From Octopus sinensis (Eukaryota), in assembly GCF_006345805.1 (NCBI RefSeq), contig NC_043008.1, positions 34,596,001 to 34,660,000 on the forward strand: a stretch of 64,000 nt of DNA, read 5' to 3'. The notes under the pieces are model-generated. The model ran no database searches and was not told the origin of the DNA. It worked only from the letters and a program-made list of their open reading frames with translations. Below are positions 63,838 through 64,000 of the stretch, one piece after another (position 1 is the stretch's first letter; each line of letters opens with the position of its first letter). The position numbers and the translations under genes are program-made.

Positions 63838-64000
63838 TGTAACGACGCCTGGTTTCAGACGCCATTTTGGGATTTTCATCCACGCATGCGCAGGGATTAG
63901 TCTTCCGGAAGCCCCTTATGCGCATGTGCAGTCATTAGCAGCAACTAGGCTTAACTGCTATTCTCCCTCTTTGCTCCTGGCTGCCGACCGAGCTAGACAC
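63838..64000. promoter_or_regulatory. CpG-rich segment starting TGTAACGAC with YY1-, NRF1- and ETS-like motifs (LTR start or promoter); cut by the window end
   Basis: GCCATTTTG 63861, CGCATGCGCA 63883, TTCCGGAAGC 63903, TGCGCATGTGCA 63919. Confidence 0.45.

Overview
Eukaryotic, AT-rich, extremely repeat-dense non-coding DNA. The SINE, LINE and microsatellite content is what I associate with an octopod genome (Octopus-like; inference from repeat families, no search run). I can recognise no intact host gene. Nearly all ORFs in the supplied track are microsatellite artefacts or fragments of decayed transposons. Identifiable elements: mariner, Tc1 and DD37D/maT remnants; two related Ty3/Gypsy fossils with 206-bp LTRs; a solo LTR with a perfect 5-bp TSD; a foreign LTR joined to one Gypsy fossil; two Penelope-like elements (PLEs) of different type, each with RT and GIY-YIG remnants; RTE, R4/Dong-like, Hero-like and CR1/I-like LINE fragments; a small Helitron; piggyBac-like MITEs; foldback elements; and dozens of tRNA-head SINEs of at least four families. 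Most worth follow-up: (i) five CRE-N11/12-CCAAT modules and a decayed hammerhead ribozyme in the 3' region of one PLE, plus a second hammerhead relic elsewhere; (ii) (TAA)n and (TA)n tracts used repeatedly as insertion sites; (iii) long hairpins and inverted SINE pairs, candidate ADAR substrates; (iv) two higher-order minisatellites; (v) speculative minus-strand microexons/exons that may belong to a large-intron host gene. I found no evidence strong enough to claim a new biological system. TE boundaries are approximate (tens of bp) unless termini or TSDs are quoted.
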